Shown here: positions 1 to 8,040 of the stretch, piece by piece
Layout of the letters: the number at the start of each line of letters is the position of its first letter
How positions within the stretch are numbered: position 1 is the first letter of the stretch
Origin: Chloroflexota bacterium
GTDB lineage: Bacteria; Chloroflexota; Limnocylindria; P2-11E
DNA: 38,924 nucleotides
Direction of reading: 5' to 3'
Assembly (NCBI GenBank): GCA_016875795.1
Contig: VGOU01000003.1
Coordinates: forward strand, 1 to 38,924
Translations under genes and position numbers: made by a program
Notes under the pieces: model-generated
Database searches by the model: none
Told to the model about the DNA's origin: nothing
What the model saw: the letters and a program-made list of their open reading frames with translations, nothing else

Positions 1-151
1 CATCGGCGCTCACGCGGGCGAGGGCCGCGGCCGCAGCGGAGAGCGCGACACCGAGGGCCGCCGCGACCAGCGGCCGGTCGACGGCGAGGTACGCGAGGGC
101 GGCCGCGAGGAACGCCGCGGCGAGGAGCGGCGCGCGGAGAACGACGGTCAA
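1..151 (-). CDS. comEC: ComEC/Rec2 competence protein, N-terminal part (runs off the window)
   Basis: Hydrophobic open frame (MTVVLRAPLLAAAFLAAALAYLAVDRPLV...) starts at a TTG overlapping the comEA stop (TTGA). Identity is inferred mainly from comEA-comEC synteny. Confidence 0.55.
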   Translation of the reverse strand, partial: MTVVLRAPLLAAAFLAAALAYLAVDRPLVAAALGVALSAAAAALARVSAD

Positions 152-696
152 CGCGCCGTGACGAGATCCCTGATGTCGGAATACGTGCGCGCGGTGACGA
201 GGCCGCGCGTCTGCAGCTCCTCCGTACGCGCGAACGGCTTCGCCTCCCGCGAGCGCACGATCTTCGCCGCGGTCGTCGGTCCGATCCCGGGCAGCGCGAC
301 GAGCTCGGCCTCGGATGCGCGGTTGATGTCGATCCTCGTCTCCGAGGGCGTGCCGACGCTCCCGGCCGGCGCGGCCTCGCCCGGGCGCGGCACGTAGATG
401 CGCATCCCGTCGCGCAGGAGCGCGGCCTTGTTCACGGCGAACAGGTCGGCGTCGCCGGTCATGCCGCCGGCGGCGAGGAGCGCGTCGATGACGCGCGAGC
501 CCGCCGGGAGACGGACGACGCCGGGCCGCGCGACGGCCCCGACGACGTCCACGACGACGATCTGCGGGGCGCTCGGCGACGGGGACGGCTCCTCCGTCTC
601 GATGACCGGCGGCGCTTCCGCCGGCCGCGCGACGAGCCCCATGCCCGCACCGACGAGGGCGAGGACCGGCACGGCGAGGAGCAGGGCGCGCGGCAT
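148..696 (-). CDS. comEA: ComEA family DNA-binding protein (SLBB + HhH)
   Basis: N-terminal TM, VVVDVVGAVARPGVVRLPAGSRVIDAL SLBB motif, IDINRASEAELVALPGIGPTTAAKIV helix-hairpin-helix. Confidence 0.93.
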   Translation of the reverse strand: MPRALLLAVPVLALVGAGMGLVARPAEAPPVIETEEPSPSPSAPQIVVVDVVGAVARPGVVRLPAGSRVIDALLAAGGMTGDADLFAVNKAALLRDGMRIYVPRPGEAAPAGSVGTPSETRIDINRASEAELVALPGIGPTTAAKIVRSREAKPFARTEELQTRGLVTARTYSDIRDLVTAR

Positions 697-737
697 CGCT
701 GGTGGATCGGACGGGACGTGCGTCCCGCCGGCGGGCC

Positions 738-1139
738 TCAGTTCTGCCGCGAGCTCGAGGCGGTGATCGCGGAGATCGCGACCGGCAGGCTGCCGACGGT
801 CATGCCGTCGACGTCGAGGTCGAATCGGTGCAGGCCGTACGACGTGAAGCCGAGGTTGTTCAGCTCGACGATGACGTTCACGTCCTGGCCCGGGACGGAG
901 CGCACCTGGATGTGCGGGTCCTCGGCCATGGCCGCGCCGCCGTCCGGCTTCGTCAGCCGCACGGTGACGTCGTGCGCGCCGGGGTCGAGCGCGAGCACCG
1001 CGACGAGGTACATCCGCGGGTGCTGGGCGGGAAGCTGGCTCACGCTGATGTTCCGGAAGATGCCGAGCATGCTCAGCTTCCCGTCCTGGCCGACGATGGC
1101 GTGATCGCAGAGGGCCGCGATCTTGATCTCCGGCGTCAC
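738..1139 (-). CDS. Hypothetical protein, DUF6941-like
   Basis: GTG overlaps the leuS stop (GTGA). The ALCDHAIVGQDGKLSMLGIF N-terminal pattern and GxHRF C-terminal pattern resemble this family. Confidence 0.7.
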   Translation of the reverse strand: MTPEIKIAALCDHAIVGQDGKLSMLGIFRNISVSQLPAQHPRMYLVAVLALDPGAHDVTVRLTKPDGGAAMAEDPHIQVRSVPGQDVNVIVELNNLGFTSYGLHRFDLDVDGMTVGSLPVAISAITASSSRQN

Positions 1140-3571
1140 TTCGCGAGCACGATGTTCACGAGCCGGTCCTTCACGACCACGATCTTCGCCGCCGCGCGCC
1201 CGCCCATCGCCGCCTGCACCTTCTCGCTCGCGAGCGCGGCGGCCGTCGCATCCTGCTCGCCCAGGCCGGCCGCGACCGTCAGACGGTCGCGCACCCTGCC
1301 GTCGACCTGCACGACGAGCGTCACCTCGCCGGAGCTCGCCAGCGCGGGGTCGTACGCCGGCCACCGCTGCTGGTGGATCGAGTACGCCCCGCCGCGCCGG
1401 GCCCACAGCTCCTCGGCGATGAACGGCGCGAACGGCGCGAGCAGCAGCAGCAGCGTGTGGATGCCCTGGTCGCGGGTCGGGCCGCTCGCGCCCTCGAGGG
1501 CGTTGCGCAGCTTCATGAGCGCGGCGACCGCGGTGTTGAAGCGGTACGCCTCGAGGTCCTCGCCGACCTTGCGGATCGTGCGGTGGATCTCGCGCTCCAG
1601 GTCCGGGTCCGGCTCCCCCGCTGTGGGCTTCCCGTTCGCCAGGCGCCAGACGCCGTGCAGGAAGCGCGACGTGCCGTCGATGCCCGCGGCGTCCCAGTCG
1701 GAGCCCTGCGTCCACGGGCCCAGGAACATCACGAACATCCGCAGCGCGTCGGCCCCGTACCGCGCGACGTAGTCGTCGGGCGACTGCACGTTGCCGCGGG
1801 ATTTCGACATCTTCCTGCCGCCGAAGACGATCATCCCCTGGTTCTGCAGGCGCAGCGCGGGCTCGTCGAACCACAGCTCACCCAGGTCGCGCAGCGCCTT
1901 GCAGAAGAAGCGCGTGTACATGAGGTGCAGGATCGCGTGCTCGATGCCGCCCGTGTACTGGTCGACGGGCAGCCACTTCCGGCCCCGATCCTTGTCCATG
2001 AACGCCGTCCCGAGCTTCGGGTCGAGGTAGCGGTACATGTACCAGGACGAGTCGAAGAACGTGTCCATCGTGTCGGTCTCCCGGCGCGCCGCGCCGCCGC
2101 ACGAGGGGCACGCCGTCCGAGTGAACGACTCCACCTTCTCGAGCGGGTTCCCGCCGCGGCCGGTGAACTCGGTGTCGCGCGGCAGGATGACCGGCAGGTC
2201 GGCCGCGGGCACCGGGACGACGCCGCACTTCCCGCAGTACACGACCGGGATGGGTGTGCCCCAGTAGCGCTGCCGCGAGATGAGCCAGTCGCGCAGGCGG
2301 TACGAGACCGTCGGTCCGCCGATGCCGCGCCGCTCGGCCTCAGCGGCGATGGCCTTCTTGCCCGCCTCGCTCGGCATGCCGCTGTGCGGGCCGCTGTTCA
2401 CCATGACGCCCTCGCCGGCATACGCGGCATCCGGCTCATGCGCCTTCCCGTCCGGCGAGACCACCTCGCGGATGGCCAGCCCGTACCTCTTCGCGAACGC
2501 GAAGTCGCGCTCGTCGTGCGCGGGGACGGCCATGATCGCGCCCGTGCCGTAGGTGACGAGGACGTAGTCGGCGATCCACACCGGGATGCGCTCGCCGGAG
2601 AACACGTTCGTCGCGTACGCGCCCGTGAACACGCCGGTCTTGTCCATCCCCTCGGCGGTGCGCTCGATCTCGGCGACCGCGCGCGCCTTCTCGACGTACG
2701 CGTCGACCTCCCCCTTGCGGTCGGGCGTCGTGATCCGCGCGACGAGCGGGTGCTCCGGCGCCAGGACCATGAACGTGGCGCCGTAGATCGTGTCGGGCCG
2801 CGTCGTGAAGAAGCGGATCTCGGCGGCGGCGTGGCCCTCCACCGGGAACGCCAGCTCCGCGCCCTCCGAGCGGCCGATCCAGTTCGTCTGCATGACGCGC
2901 ACGCGCTCCGGCCAGTCGATGCCGTCGAAGCGCAGCAGCTCGTCGGCGTACTTCGTGATCCGCAGGAACCACTGCTCGAGGTCGCGCTTCACCACGGGCG
3001 TCTCGCACCGCTCGCACTTGCCCGCGATGACCTGCTCGTTCGCGAGCACCGTCAGGTCCTTCGGGCACCAGTTCACCGGCGCCTTCGCGCGGTACGCCAG
3101 CCCGTGCTCGAGGAACTTCAGGAAGATCCACTGGTTCCACTGGTAGAACTCGGGGTAGCAGGTGACGACCTCGCGGCGCCAGTCGATCGCCGCGCCCATC
3201 GCGCGGAACTGCTGGCGCATGTGGGCCATGTTCTCCTCGGTCCAGCGCGCCGGGTGCATCTTGTTCCTGATCGCGGCGTTCTCGGCGGGCAGGCCGAACG
3301 CGTCGAAGCCCATGGGGAACAGCACGTTCGCCCCGCGCATGCGCATGTAGCGCGCGGCCGCGTCGGCGGGCGCGGACGCGTACCAGTGGCCCACGTGCAC
3401 CTGCCCCGACGGGTACGGGAACATCGTCAGGAAGTAGGAGTTCTCGCGGCCCGGGACCTCGTCCGGCGTCTCGTGCAGGCGCGTGCGGTCCCAGGTATCG
3501 GCCCACCTGGCCTCCACCTCGGCCGGCACGTACTTCGCGATCCTCTCCTTCGCCGGCTCCTTTACCGCCAT
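1136..3571 (-). CDS. leuS: Leucine--tRNA ligase
   Basis: MFPYPSG-HVGH (HIGH), FTTRPDT CP1 editing domain, DWLISRQRYWG, KMSKS. GAAGGAGG RBS precedes ATG at 3571. Confidence 0.98.
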   Translation of the reverse strand: MAVKEPAKERIAKYVPAEVEARWADTWDRTRLHETPDEVPGRENSYFLTMFPYPSGQVHVGHWYASAPADAAARYMRMRGANVLFPMGFDAFGLPAENAAIRNKMHPARWTEENMAHMRQQFRAMGAAIDWRREVVTCYPEFYQWNQWIFLKFLEHGLAYRAKAPVNWCPKDLTVLANEQVIAGKCERCETPVVKRDLEQWFLRITKYADELLRFDGIDWPERVRVMQTNWIGRSEGAELAFPVEGHAAAEIRFFTTRPDTIYGATFMVLAPEHPLVARITTPDRKGEVDAYVEKARAVAEIERTAEGMDKTGVFTGAYATNVFSGERIPVWIADYVLVTYGTGAIMAVPAHDERDFAFAKRYGLAIREVVSPDGKAHEPDAAYAGEGVMVNSGPHSGMPSEAGKKAIAAEAERRGIGGPTVSYRLRDWLISRQRYWGTPIPVVYCGKCGVVPVPAADLPVILPRDTEFTGRGGNPLEKVESFTRTACPSCGGAARRETDTMDTFFDSSWYMYRYLDPKLGTAFMDKDRGRKWLPVDQYTGGIEHAILHLMYTRFFCKALRDLGELWFDEPALRLQNQGMIVFGGRKMSKSRGNVQSPDDYVARYGADALRMFVMFLGPWTQGSDWDAAGIDGTSRFLHGVWRLANGKPTAGEPDPDLEREIHRTIRKVGEDLEAYRFNTAVAALMKLRNALEGASGPTRDQGIHTLLLLLAPFAPFIAEELWARRGGAYSIHQQRWPAYDPALASSGEVTLVVQVDGRVRDRLTVAAGLGEQDATAAALASEKVQAAMGGRAAAKIVVVKDRLVNIVLAK

Positions 3572-3603
3572 CGGCCGACCTCCTTCGCGTGCTCGCGCGC
3601 AAC

Positions 3604-3640
3604 AAAAAGACCCCTCGTCCTCCTGACAGGGGACGAAGGG
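3604..3640 (-). terminator. Intrinsic terminator of the leuS T-box leader
   Basis: CCCUUCGUCC...GGACGAGGGG hairpin followed by UCUUUUU. Its 5' arm overlaps the 3' side of the antiterminator. Confidence 0.88.
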
Positions 3641-3758
3641 CGAAGCCTCCGCGGTACCACCCCGGTCGAGAGCCACATCGTATGAGGCTGACGCCTCATA
3701 CGGCCGTCGCCCGGCTCACCCGGAAGCCGCGGCTTCCGGTCTCGCCTTCGCTCGGCCG

Positions 3759-3830
3759 TGGACCTGGCGGGATTCGAACCCGCGACCCCCACACTGCCAG
3801 TGTGATGCGCTCCCACTGCGCCACAGGCCC
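3759..3830 (-). tRNA. tRNA-Ala (GGC)
   Basis: Cloverleaf: acceptor GGGCCUG/CAGGUCC with the G3:U70 Ala identity pair, D-arm GCGC/GCGC, anticodon loop CUGGCAG, T-arm GCGGG-UUCGAAU-CCCGC, discriminator A. CCA is not encoded. Confidence 0.97.
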
Positions 3831-4013
3831 AAGACGCTCTCCGACTCGAGCACGGTGATAACGGACGTGACCCCGGCGACCGCTCACTCTCGCTTCGCGA
3901 CCGCGGCTCCCGAGCGAGTTCCGCCTTCCGTACGCACCAAGTCGCACCGACCGCTGGCTCTCTGAGCGCCGGGACCTGGCGTACTGCTCTCGTTCGCAGC
4001 CTTTGTGCTCACG

Positions 4014-4019
4014 AGTATA
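4014..4019 (-). promoter_or_regulatory. Putative sigma-A -10 element (TATACT) for the T-box/tRNA/leuS transcript
   Basis: TATACT lies about 12 nt upstream of the base of T-box Stem I. Confidence 0.65.
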
Positions 4020-4253
4020 GGTTTCGACCCTCGCTCGCTCGCGTCCCAGCGCGCGCCGGCGACCCGCAGGCAGCCCGCTCACCGTCGTCGCGGGAAGACC
4101 AACGGCGGGTCGGGCCTGCGGGTGGCATCCGCACGATGGCCCCGGCGACGGCCGTGCAGCGGTACGGCGCTCGAGGTGCGGACCGCGATCGGAGCGACCC
4201 GCGCCGGGGGTCCCGGCTCCCCAGGCGGGTGCGTCACCCGCCCGAGGGCTGAC

Positions 4254-5420
4254 CTATCCCGCCGAGCGCTGACCTCCGGCCGACGCGCGCATCGAGATCG
4301 CCTGCAGCACCCCGAGCGCGAAGCAGATCGAGATGAGCGAGCTGCCGCCCTGCGAGATGAACGGCAGCGGGATCCCTGTCACCGGCATGAGCGACACCGC
4401 CATGCCCACGTTCACCATGATCTGGAAGGTGAACACCGCCGCGACGCCGCCGGCGATGTACGTGCCGAACGCGTCCCGCGAGCGGCGCGCGATGCTCAGC
4501 GCCGCGAAGAGCAGCACGATGTAGAGCGCGAAGAGGATCACCGCGCCGACGAAGCCGAGGTCCTCGGCGAGGCCCGAGAACACGAAATCCGACTCCGCGA
4601 TCGGCAGGTAGCCCAGCGGTGACTGCGTGCCGTGCGTCAGGCCCTTGCCGGTGAGCGAGCCCGAGCCGACGGCGATGAGCGACTGGATGATGTTCCAGCC
4701 CGCGCCCTGCGGGTCGCTGTAGGGGTCGGTGAAGGCCGTGAGGCGCGCCTTCTGGTACTCCTTCAGGAAGCCCCACACGAGCGGGAGCGCCGCGGCGCCC
4801 GCGGCGAGGAGCGCGGTGAGCTGCCAGAGACGGGCGCCGGCGACGAAGGCCATCCCGAAGAACATCCCGAAGAAGACGAGGCTCGTGCCGAGGTCGGGCT
4901 GCCGGAAGACGAGGGCGACCGGGACGGCGAGGATCGCGAGGCCGCCGAGCAGCGTGAACGGCGAGCGGACGTCGCGGTCGGCGAACCACTTCGCGAGGAC
5001 GATGATCATGAACACCTTCGCGAACTCGCTGGGCTGGAAATTGAAGCCGGCGATGGTGACCCAACGCGTGGCGCCGAGCGTCGAGCTGCCGACGACGAGG
5101 ACGATCGCGAGCAGGACGAGCGTGCCGATGAAGATGACCGGCGCGAGCGTCCCGAGCCACGCGTAGTCGACGAGCGCGACGACGGCCATCGCCGAGGCGC
5201 CGACGACCCCGTAGAGCAGCGCGCGCAGCATCTGCTGGCCGACGTCGCCGGTGAAGTTGCGGTCCTCGACGGTGATCGAGTAGCCCATCGCCAGGCCGTA
5301 GCCCATGAGCATGAGGGTGGCGAGGAGGAGGATCCAGTCGAGGTCCAGGAGCCGGCGCGCGCTCGGGCGGTCGTGGGGCGGCGACGACGGCTGCGGGATC
5401 GCGAGCGGCCGGACGCTCAC
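4254..5420 (-). CDS. rodA: Rod shape-determining protein RodA (SEDS)
   Basis: GATRW, FQPSEFAK, QPDLGT, DFVFS, GIPLPFISQGGSS motifs. GTG overlaps the mrdA stop. Confidence 0.95.
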   Translation of the reverse strand: MSVRPLAIPQPSSPPHDRPSARRLLDLDWILLLATLMLMGYGLAMGYSITVEDRNFTGDVGQQMLRALLYGVVGASAMAVVALVDYAWLGTLAPVIFIGTLVLLAIVLVVGSSTLGATRWVTIAGFNFQPSEFAKVFMIIVLAKWFADRDVRSPFTLLGGLAILAVPVALVFRQPDLGTSLVFFGMFFGMAFVAGARLWQLTALLAAGAAALPLVWGFLKEYQKARLTAFTDPYSDPQGAGWNIIQSLIAVGSGSLTGKGLTHGTQSPLGYLPIAESDFVFSGLAEDLGFVGAVILFALYIVLLFAALSIARRSRDAFGTYIAGGVAAVFTFQIMVNVGMAVSLMPVTGIPLPFISQGGSSLISICFALGVLQAISMRASAGGQRSAG

Positions 5421-7294
5421 TTGTTCACGCCCCTGTATTCCTCGAGGACCTTCTGCGTCAGCGCCACGGCAGGGTTGAAGCAGTTCGCGCAGAGCGAGCG
5501 GCTCGAGTCGAACATGAGGATCACCATCGCGATCTCCGCCGTCGGGTCGGTGTCGTCCTCCTTGGGGACGTAGCTCACGAACCAGTTGTGGAACCCGAGC
5601 ACGTTGCGGCCGGCCGCGTCGAGGCCCTTCGACTCGCCGAACTCCGCGGTGCCGGTCTTCCCGGCGATGGGAAGCTTCGCGTCGGGCATGTACGCCTGCC
5701 CGATGGTGACGACGCGCCGCGCTGACTCGCGGATGAGGCGGAGGTGCTCCTCCTTCACGTCGAGCTTCCGCGCGACCGCCGGCGGCTCGGTGTGCACGAC
5801 CTTGCCGTCGGGCGAGCGCACTTCCTTGAGGAGCCGCGGCTTGTAGACGGTGCCGCCGTTCGCGACCGCGGCGTACGAGTTGAGGAGCTGCAGCGGCGTC
5901 ACCGCGACGAAGCCCTGGCCGATGGCCGCGTGGTACGTGTTGCCGAGCGTCCACGGCTCGTCGAAGGTCGCGAGCTTCCAATCCGGGTCGGGCATGATCC
6001 CGCCCGACTCGCCCGGAAGGTCGATCCCGGTCGGCGCGCCGAACCCGAGCATGCGGCCGTACTTCGCTATGGCCTCGGGGCCCGCCCCGCGCTGGCCCGT
6101 GTACGGGTTGCCGCCGCCGATCGTGTAGAAATATATGTCACTGGAGTGCGCGAAGCCGTTGACGAAGTCGACGGTGCCGTGCGTGGTCCAGTCGTAGAAG
6201 CGCCACCCGTCCACCACCATCACGCTCGACGACACGTTCACGACGGTGTTGCGCGTCGCCGCGCCGGTGCTGAGCGCCGTGAGCCCCGTGACCATCTTGA
6301 ACGTCGACCCCGGCGGGTAGATGTCGGCGATCGCCTTGTTCACGAGCGGCCGCCGCCAGTCGCCGTTCCACGCCTTCATCTCCGCGCTCGAGACGCCGCG
6401 CACGAACGAGTTGTTGTCGTACGCCGGGATCGAGACCATCGCCAGGACCTCGCCGTTCTGCGGGTTCATCGCGATCCCCACGGCCTGCGTGAACCTGTCC
6501 TCGCGCACGCCCTGCTCGAGCTCCCGCGCGAGGATCCGCTGCAGGCGGTCGTCGATGGTGAGGACGAGGTCGTTCCCCGGCTTCGGCGGCGTCAGCCCGA
6601 GCGTGCGCAGCTCCCGCAGCGACGCGTCGCGCTCCACCTCGCGCCGGCCGAGCGCGCCGCGCAGGTACCGCTCGTACTGGTATTCGAGGCCCGTCTTGCC
6701 GATCGTGTCGCGCAGCAGGTAGCCCAGGTCCTTGCGCGTCGCGAGCTCGGCCTCGTTGATCGGCCCGACGTAGCCGAGCAGCGGCGAGTACAGCGGTCCG
6801 TCCGGGTACACGCGCATCGCCTCGGCCGTCACCGTCGCGCCCCGATACAGCTCCGCGCGCTCGATGAGCAGCATCGCGACCTCGCGCGCGACGGGCTTCA
6901 CGCTCACCTTCACCGGCTCGTACGGATTGCGGATGCGCTGGTCCGCGATCGCCTTCGCGATCTCGTCGCTCCCCCGCTCCACGAGCGGCGCGAGGCGCGA
7001 CGCGAGCTCGTCCTGCCGCGCGCGTGCCACGTCGGCGGGCAGGACCGTGACGGCGAAGCCCGGGTCGTTGCGGGCGAGGAGCTGCCCGCCGCGATCGAGG
7101 ATCACGCCGCGCGTGGGCAGGACCGGCACGCGCACGATGCGGTTCTGCTCCGAAAGCGAGCGGTAATGGGCGCCGTTCACGACCTGCAGGTCCCACAGCC
7201 GCACGCTGAGCACGACGAAGATGCCGACGATCACCAGCGCGAAGCCGGCGAGCCGGTGCGGACGGACGAAGGGACGCTCGCTGCGGTCGATCAC
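5417..7294 (-). CDS. mrdA: Penicillin-binding protein 2
   Basis: RGVILDR, GKTGLE, YPPGSTFK (SxxK), SSD (SxD), AGKTGTAE. Lies between mreD and rodA. Confidence 0.95.
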   Translation of the reverse strand: MIDRSERPFVRPHRLAGFALVIVGIFVVLSVRLWDLQVVNGAHYRSLSEQNRIVRVPVLPTRGVILDRGGQLLARNDPGFAVTVLPADVARARQDELASRLAPLVERGSDEIAKAIADQRIRNPYEPVKVSVKPVAREVAMLLIERAELYRGATVTAEAMRVYPDGPLYSPLLGYVGPINEAELATRKDLGYLLRDTIGKTGLEYQYERYLRGALGRREVERDASLRELRTLGLTPPKPGNDLVLTIDDRLQRILARELEQGVREDRFTQAVGIAMNPQNGEVLAMVSIPAYDNNSFVRGVSSAEMKAWNGDWRRPLVNKAIADIYPPGSTFKMVTGLTALSTGAATRNTVVNVSSSVMVVDGWRFYDWTTHGTVDFVNGFAHSSDIYFYTIGGGNPYTGQRGAGPEAIAKYGRMLGFGAPTGIDLPGESGGIMPDPDWKLATFDEPWTLGNTYHAAIGQGFVAVTPLQLLNSYAAVANGGTVYKPRLLKEVRSPDGKVVHTEPPAVARKLDVKEEHLRLIRESARRVVTIGQAYMPDAKLPIAGKTGTAEFGESKGLDAAGRNVLGFHNWFVSYVPKEDDTDPTAEIAMVILMFDSSRSLCANCFNPAVALTQKVLEEYRGVNK

Positions 7295-7794
7295 TAGAAG
7301 GGGGACTCCTTCTCCGTGAGTTTGCGGCCCCGGCGCGCGAGCGGGTAGACGACGAGCGCGAGCGCTCCCGTGTAGATACCGACCCCGACGGTCTGCGCGA
7401 GGGCGATCGGGCCGCTCGCCAGGGGGTGGCCCAGGAAGCCGAGAAGGCCCAGGTACACCGCCTGGGTGAGGACGGCGGCGACGGCGACCATGACCGCGCC
7501 GGGAAGGACCGGGATGGGCTTCGCCGGATCGCGCTCCCCCAGCCCGGCCAGCAGGACGCCCGGGAGGATCGCGACCGTGAACGCCCCGAGCGGCCCCGCC
7601 GACAGCATGTCCGAGGCGATCCCGCCGACGAACGCCCACCACAGGGCCTGGCGGGCCCCCGCGGCCACCGCCCAGGACCCCGCGACGAGGACGGGCAGGT
7701 TCGGGAAGGCGCCGCCGACCGCGACGAGGCTCGCGACGGCCCCCTGGAGCAGCGCTGCGGCGAGCGGGACGACGATCGCGAGCGCGACCCGCAT
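7294..7794 (-). CDS. mreD: Rod shape-determining protein MreD
   Basis: 166-aa polytopic membrane protein with PNL and AFVGGIASD motifs, directly upstream of mrdA. Confidence 0.85.
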   Translation of the reverse strand: MRVALAIVVPLAAALLQGAVASLVAVGGAFPNLPVLVAGSWAVAAGARQALWWAFVGGIASDMLSAGPLGAFTVAILPGVLLAGLGERDPAKPIPVLPGAVMVAVAAVLTQAVYLGLLGFLGHPLASGPIALAQTVGVGIYTGALALVVYPLARRGRKLTEKESPF

Positions 7795-7921
7795 GCGCCG
7801 CGGATCATAGGGCGCTGCGCGCGCCGCCGCTACCGATGCTGGTAGCGAAGAGAGCGGTTGGCGCGACCATATGTAGTAGCGGTCTGGACCGGCGCGGCGT
7901 GCGGCAATGGCGCCGAACGCC

Positions 7922-7927
7922 TATACT
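7922..7927 (+). promoter_or_regulatory. Putative -10 element (TATACT) for the parAB operon
   Basis: Near-consensus hexamer in the mreD-parA divergent intergenic region. Confidence 0.45.
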
Positions 7928-8040
7928 CACCTCACGGTCACTCGGCACGGTCCCACCCTTTCACCCGCCTCAGTGGCCGTCCTCCCCATCCTCACCGATG
8001 GCGACTTGGCACGTGCCACAAACGTCGGCAGAGGCCCCTC

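Larger units (their letters stand above)
3604..4007 (-). promoter_or_regulatory. Leu-specific T-box riboswitch (transcriptional)
   Basis: Stem I (about 3905-4001) has AGUA (3982-3985), AGAGA (3959-3963), GGUGCGA (3942-3948) and the GAA-CUC Leu specifier (3916-3921). Stem II spans 3876-3904, the CCGUUA box 3859-3864, the Stem III base 3836-3845/3665-3673, and the T-box GGGGUGGUACCGCG 3650-3663, followed by the terminator. Confidence 0.92.

Noticed and set aside
3572-3676. N-terminal extension of LeuS given in the ORF track (start 3676)
   Set aside because: It runs through the T-box antiterminator and terminator; the RBS supports ATG 3571.
3674-3758. An ultrashort T-box beginning downstream of the tRNA
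   Set aside because: No AGAGA, GGUG or specifier motifs here. A complete Stem I/II/IIA-B is found upstream of the tRNA instead.
3981-3995. GTAC-N7-GTTC resembling a LexA-type site
   Set aside because: Explained by T-box Stem I sequence (AGUA and GA motifs).
4020-4253. About 230-bp GC-rich gap between rodA and the leuS promoter
   Set aside because: No convincing ORF, RBS or recognisable RNA structure by eye; left unassigned.
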